A stretch of DNA of 63,625 bases, filler included, from Rhabdomonas costata (Eukaryota): assembly GCA_019059605.1 (NCBI GenBank). It is 15 parts of 15 records of this genome, joined end to end, with 100 filler letters (N's around TTAATTAATTAA, not from the genome) between each part and the next. Parts side by side here need not be neighbours in the genome. Positions count along the whole stretch, not along the records: positions 55,204 to 59,328 come from JAHMHO010000347.1; positions 59,429 to 63,625 come from JAHMHO010000348.1; 13 more parts are not named here. One strand, 5' to 3'. Of the stretch, positions 58,201 through 63,625 are shown piece by piece. A program made the translations under genes and the position numbers. The notes beneath the pieces are model-generated. The model ran no database searches and was not told the origin of the DNA. It was given only the letters and a program-made list of their open reading frames with translations. Within the stretch, counting starts at the first letter, position 1; the number at the start of each line of letters is the position of its first letter.

Positions 58201-58965
58201 CTTAAATGGGAGTGATATTTTTCAGGGAAAAAGTGTGAAGCGGAAGGTCTGTTAAAAGTTTGCAGTTGAGCAGCATTGCTGTTGGAAGCTATCTTTTATC
58301 TCAAACGGCACTGAAAAGCGATATAGTGACATGGTTTCTTTCAGGGCGCATGGCGCGCTACTTTTTGGGGTGCTTCAGGAATTTTTCAGCTTTTTTGGAC
58401 ATTAAAGCGACCTTATGAATGTCATCACAACCCGCCTTCAGGTTCCGTGGTCATTGTTTTTTGGCAGAAGTATTGCTTCGGATGTAACTCTAACTCATGC
58501 TATGGTCCCATTCAGCTGTGCAAGCGTCCGCGTGAAAGGAAGTAGACTTCGTTGCGTTTCAAATCATAATCTCTGCAGAAACCCATGACAGGTAGTGGTT
58601 TCGGTATCGGTATTGCAGACATCTCCGAGATAGAGGTCAGTGGAAAAAAAGGGAGAAATCTAAATGGAATTCTGGCTTGGAGCTTGGACTCTCCCATTCC
58701 CAAAATCCCCTTCCCTGAAAGAGAAAGTGTGGGTGTGGGAGGAGGCATACGCGACGTAGTGCTGCCTGCACCGCGGATAGCCCGTCCACTTGGGGGCACA
58801 CTCGCTGCAGTTGCGGCCGGAGTAGCCCTCGTCGCAGGTGCAGTAATCTAGGGTGCCGTTGCACGCGCCGTGCCCGCTGCACGAGAAGGCCCGAGTGCAG
58901 AACCGGCACTCCGGGTACGTGTAGAAGTCCGGCTCGCAGTGATCACACTGGGTGGAGTTGTAGCC
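55204..58965 (-). CDS. Partial extracellular protein: laminin-type EGF repeats followed by repeated beta-sandwich-like units
   Basis: Phase-consistent GT-AG exons 58965-58751 (CDHCEPDFYTYPEC..CSGHGAC..CTCDEGYSGRNCSECAPKWTGYPRC), 57545-57323, 56954-56517, 56052-55798 and 55286 to the contig edge. Recurring FxxxxxGxxL...C...GxY/FxVC pattern. Confidence 0.8.
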
Positions 58966-59588
58966 CTACAAAACAATAGGGAGCAAGTCCCGCGCATGAG
59001 AGAAACAGAAACGGGAGCTGTAAGGCGCGACCCAAGCACATAGACACGAGTGCAGCACACACACCACTCTTACCAAAAGTATCCGCCTGGCTTCCTGGAC
59101 TGGGTTACCGTTTTTTGGCACCAGGACACCCCCCCCCCCATACCATTCACAAGCCCCTAGCTTGTTTGCTGGACCGTAAGCTGGTTTCGGCGACACAACA
59201 ACCCTCATGCCCAGCATAACGGTGCCATGAGCGCAGGTACACTTTTTTCTTTCTTCTCTCTCAATTATTGCAGACCGGTTTGCCCCACCACAAAAAAGCC
59301 CTTCGAGACAGCCCAGGCACACCAAGTCNNNNNNNNNNNNNNNNNNNNNNNNNNNNNNNNNNNNNNNNNNNNTTAATTAATTAANNNNNNNNNNNNNNNN
59401 NNNNNNNNNNNNNNNNNNNNNNNNNNNNTTGGGGTTCCCGTAGTAGCCGTCGGGGCTCGTCTGCGCGCGTACCTGGGGCGCGATGCACGGCTTGATATCC
59501 TTGTGGGGTCTCCTGATAAACATTGACCCCGATGCCGGTGACTTGGGTGAAGGCGTGTGTGTGTGTGTGTGTGTGTGTGCTCGCGTAC

Positions 59589-60350
59589 CTCCTCGACGTC
59601 ACAGATCCCGGCAGAAGGGTGACAGACAATGGTGAGCTTGACGTCATGCGGGCACTGAGCGTCGCTCCCAGTGCAGTACTGAAAACGTAAGAAGAAGAAG
59701 AAGAGAGAGAGAGCGCGAGGATGAGGGAGAGAGTTGCTCGCGAGCCGTTCTCATTGCAAATACAATGGCAAGTGAGAATGAATGAAACCTCAATGGCGTC
59801 GCAATCCCCGGCAGCGTTGCGGCACGGGATTGCGACGCCATTGAGGTTTCATTCATTCTCACAAACCTGAGAAGATCAGTCATTTCAGAGACAGTACACA
59901 ATACCACAGAAAGCATGCCACAGAAAGCATGCAAAACGTGCGCGCACCAAGCAAACGCACGCGCATCCCTGAGCAGAACATCGAGCAGAACATGAACGTT
60001 CGTGGGCTGGATAACGGCGACACCGATGGCGACAAAATGAGACAAAGAAATTGAGCATGTACCAATAGGAAGCATGCTGAGCGATCCGCGAGCCGGTTTT
60101 AGGCACAGTTACCACACCACATCGAGGAGAAAGGCAACCATTAATGATGACGCATACGCGCCCTACATGCAATTAGGTCATCTGGAAAGGGCCCCCTCCA
60201 AGCACGCAACAGGCCCACTCCAAAAGTGCCTTCGGCCGTACCTCGGGCGCGTCGCACAGCCCGAGGGCCTTCCTGCACATCGATTTCGCGGGAAGCACCT
60301 CGTCAGGAGGGCAGAATGGGTCGATGTTGTTGCAAGACTCCGCCACGTCG
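59589..60350 (-). CDS. Two exons of a disintegrin-like Cys-rich repeat protein
   Basis: Exon 60350-60242 (DVAESCNNIDPFCPPD..CRKALGLCDAPE) joins exon 59678-59589 (YCTGSDAQCPHD..CHPSAGICDVEE), GT-AG, phase 0. Confidence 0.8.
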
Positions 60351-63300
60351 CTGAGGGCATAAAAGCATATGGAAAGCAAACCGTGCTTGCATTCGCACAC
60401 GCTCCACCCCTCAGAAACCCTCAGAAACCCAGACGTGGTCCTTCAGCTTCTGCTCCTGTTTCAAAGTATAAGTCTGAAATGCAAAATGAGAGATGGTTCC
60501 ACTTGGGCACTTCAAAGATGGGAAAGACGAGGAAGGGGAGGGGAAGCAACACCCAATTTAGTGAGGAAAAGTGAAGGGAGGGTTTGGATGGGACGTGTCC
60601 CGCATCAGAATCGTTGTCAAACATGCCAAACAGACGTGCGCAAACATTCACCAGTGTAAAACGTTGAGGTCACCGCTTGCCCACGCCCACTCTCTGAATC
60701 ATCCTAAAAACCCCACCCCATAGGACCTTTGGTTGTGGGTTACCCGTGACGGTTACCGGAATTACCCTTTTTACTCGTAAGAGCCTGCGCACATTCTGCA
60801 GTTATCCAAATAAACGTGTCGCAGCGATATTTGGGTAAAGGGGTTACATGCACAGTTTTCCATGGGCTAACGCCCAATACTACTGCTTAGTATTGAATTC
60901 TGCTCCCAGCATCCACCATTTTCACGTCAGAGGCTGGGCTGGTTTGTGTGGCTTCACAGGGTACACGTTGATTTCCAATTCCCTTGGGCTGGGCCTGGTC
61001 GCCTACAAGCCCTTTGTAAGTCTCAGCCGTGCGATCTATGAGAACGAGGACCTGTACGCGGAGACGGTTTGGGCGGCACCTCTCTTCTCCTTTCTTGTGT
61101 TGGCTTTCTTCCAAAGCGCTGGTGTATCTGGTTTTTTAAGCCTGCCTGATGGCACTGGTGAGCCCGCTTTTATCTTGCATTATGTGTCCCACTTTGTCTG
61201 TGTTAGTGTGCGACGGCCTTGCCTGCGACACCTTTTCCATGCCACATCCTTGAAGAGGAATCGCTGACTGCGAAAAGTTGCACCGCCCCAAAGCCCGAAC
61301 CCTTGCCCTCATGCGTAATACCTCAGAAGCCTTCAATGCGAATTTCATCACTTCCCCCACCCTCTCACAGCGGGAAATGTCTCTGGTCTTGAACCCCCGC
61401 CTATGTAGTCGCCATGTGTGGCGAGGTAATTTCGCAAAGATGACATTACAAGCATGTCCCCGTTTCGATTGCCTTATTGCCTTCAAGGTTGCAGGCTACT
61501 GCAGAATATTGGTACTATTGGTTTGCGGTTTGATAGGACGCACGTCTCCATCCCAGGTCCGCAGCTTGCCGTCCCAGCAACGCCTGAGCTAATCTAACGG
61601 GTTTCGGGTGTTATGTTGGTCATGTTCATTTTTTACAGGTGTACCTCTCAGGGCATTACGTCACCGAAGGTGTGTAAGTTGTATGGTGTGAATTACGGCT
61701 GTTGTGCCTCCATTTGCAGATCACTACGATGTCTTTCGCTCCACTCTGGTGAACCTAACCCCGTTTTGCAATTTCGAAAGCAAAGAAAGAATGAGAAATC
61801 TCCAAAACCTCCAAATGCTCAAGACCCGAAATCGATGAAAAGACTACGAAGCGACACTTTTGGAGTTGTGTGCGACTGTTTGAATTTGTCTTCAAAGGTG
61901 AGGAAACCCATCGAATTTTCATCAAGGACACCGACCTGGGGAGAGAGCTGGAGATGCAGATTCGGGACCTCAAAACGTACGCTCAGCTTTATACATGAAT
62001 CCTGTGCAGGGGCCTCTTGAATATATCCTTAGCAACGAAATGTCCCCTTCCCCAAAACCGGATTGTAGAAGATCAGCAAATCGACGTCCTCTTTGCTTTT
62101 CTTTGAAAGTTGTTCATCCAGGTTATCCGGTGATTTGAAATGCGTTTTGGTGGACACTTCATCACGCCACTTTCATTGCTGTTGATGGGGTATGCCTCTT
62201 GCCCCCGTGAACTGCGCTTTTTTAGCTGAAAAGCATTTCCACGCGCAACGATGTGGTTTGAATAGTGACATCTTAGGGCGGGGACACTGTTTGTCCTTGC
62301 AAAGGCTGATCCATGCCTATCATGCGGGACAGAAGAGGCAAACCGCGCCCACCACGCACACTCGGGCCCTGCTGCCCTCGGAGTGGCTCCCGAAAAAGTG
62401 ACCGAATAAGGAAGCAATAATTGGGTCCTGATATGCACCTCTGTAATTCTTTTCTTCTTGTCACCAGTGGTTGCTTCTGATCTCTGGGAGGGGGCATAGT
62501 GTATTCTGATATGACGTTAGTGTTTGTGTCACGTGCTAAAAAGCAGGATCGCCTCCTGAGGTGATCTATGCATTGCGGTCTGTGGACTTCCGGGGGTTCA
62601 GTTTTCGATCTTCGTTTACCGCCGAGCACTTTGGCTTTTGGCGAGTGTACAATACAAGCGTGTCTACACGAATTATAGCTAACTTCTGTTACTTGTTCCC
62701 AAATTCTTTTTGGTTTGCTTATCCTCACGAATCTTTCTTACTGTGGTTTACAGCGCAGTACCCCAGGGATGCTGGGGTTTGCGGCTACTTCGGGTTGCGT
62801 TAATGTCTAGTGTGCCCGGGAGTCCACCTCGGCAAATTTCTTTTCGCTTTGCTAGTTGGAGATGCTCAGAGCTGCTTCTCAGCGTTCCTGACTGGTTGTG
62901 CATACGGAGTCTTGTTAAGCTTGGCTTCTTGACGACTGCTTGTACTTGTTTCACATCGAGCAAATGGACCTGAGCTCGCGGTTCTTGTGGTGATAGCTTT
63001 CGCTGGATTCCGAACCGAGCTTCGTTTTCCCGAAGGGTGGGATGAGTGGCCATTTTGTTGGGTTGTGAAACACGGTTGTGAAACAGCTGTTGTTAATCGT
63101 TTGTTGTCACCTGATTGGGAAGCTGAACTGAGGGACCAAAAAAGCAGCAATGAATTGAAAATGTAATCAACCCATTTCTCGGGCCCGCGGGCGCGCTTTG
63201 ACTCCAGTCTCCAGCCTCGTTCCGTCCGGTTTGGATTTTTCATGTGCTTTTGCGAACCGGTAGCTTAACGGCAATGGGTTTTTCAAAAAAGCCCCCACTC

Positions 63301-63625
63301 TGCTAGTAGGCGGGGGGCGCCCAAGCGGACACCAATTACCATTTGTTTGTACACCACTCTCGCCAAAACGACGCCTTCACAAACGGTTGCGCTTCTGGTT
63401 CGACCTTCTTTTGCCAAAAGCTCTTGTTTCACTTGGTTTTTACTCTGTTGGTAGTTTCTGATGTTTGTGTTTCTGGGTAGGTGCCCGCCGGTTCAACCGC
63501 TCCTATTTTGCAAACGTGTCGTTTTGCCCCAATCGGATTTTTCCCGAAATGTGCGCGTATTCGCGCTTAAGCGCTGCTGGTTTTACCTTGCGTCCTCTGA
63601 ACCCCTTCTGATGATTAGATCACAA

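Noticed and set aside
60848-63243. Short ORFs in the 3' part of the last contig (similarly 13347-14283 and 45593-46046)
   Set aside because: No recognisable motifs or consistent splice pattern; left unannotated.

Overview
This is not one locus. The window holds 15 unrelated eukaryotic contigs of about 4.1-4.2 kb, joined by 14 artificial 100-nt linkers (N44-TTAATTAATTAA-N44), so adjacency across linkers means nothing. Most contigs start G/T-rich and end A/C-rich, and two end in fold-back palindromes, which points to whole-genome-amplified DNA. The source looks like an intron-rich protist with GC-rich exons and GT-AG plus probable GC-AG introns; a euglenid/euglenozoan is my guess but I cannot show it. 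Mobile elements: a divergent Helitron-type Rep-Pif1 element interrupted by one in-frame TAG, a frameshifted Merlin/IS1595-type transposase and a Ty3/Gypsy integrase relic. Intronless genes: an NLR-like NACHT-pentapeptide-WD40 protein, an F-box/LRR protein, a TPR protein and a possible divergent TFIIB-like factor. Spliced genes that the ORF track misses or fragments: an M16 (HxxEH) peptidase, an ABC-transporter C-terminus, a 5'-nucleotidase C-terminus, a BMP-domain first exon, and several mosaic extracellular proteins (EGF, CUB, sushi, laminin-EGF, disintegrin-like). Two of the mosaic genes are built from phase 1-1 module exons and share a 6-Cys module. No RNA gene or CRISPR array was recognised.
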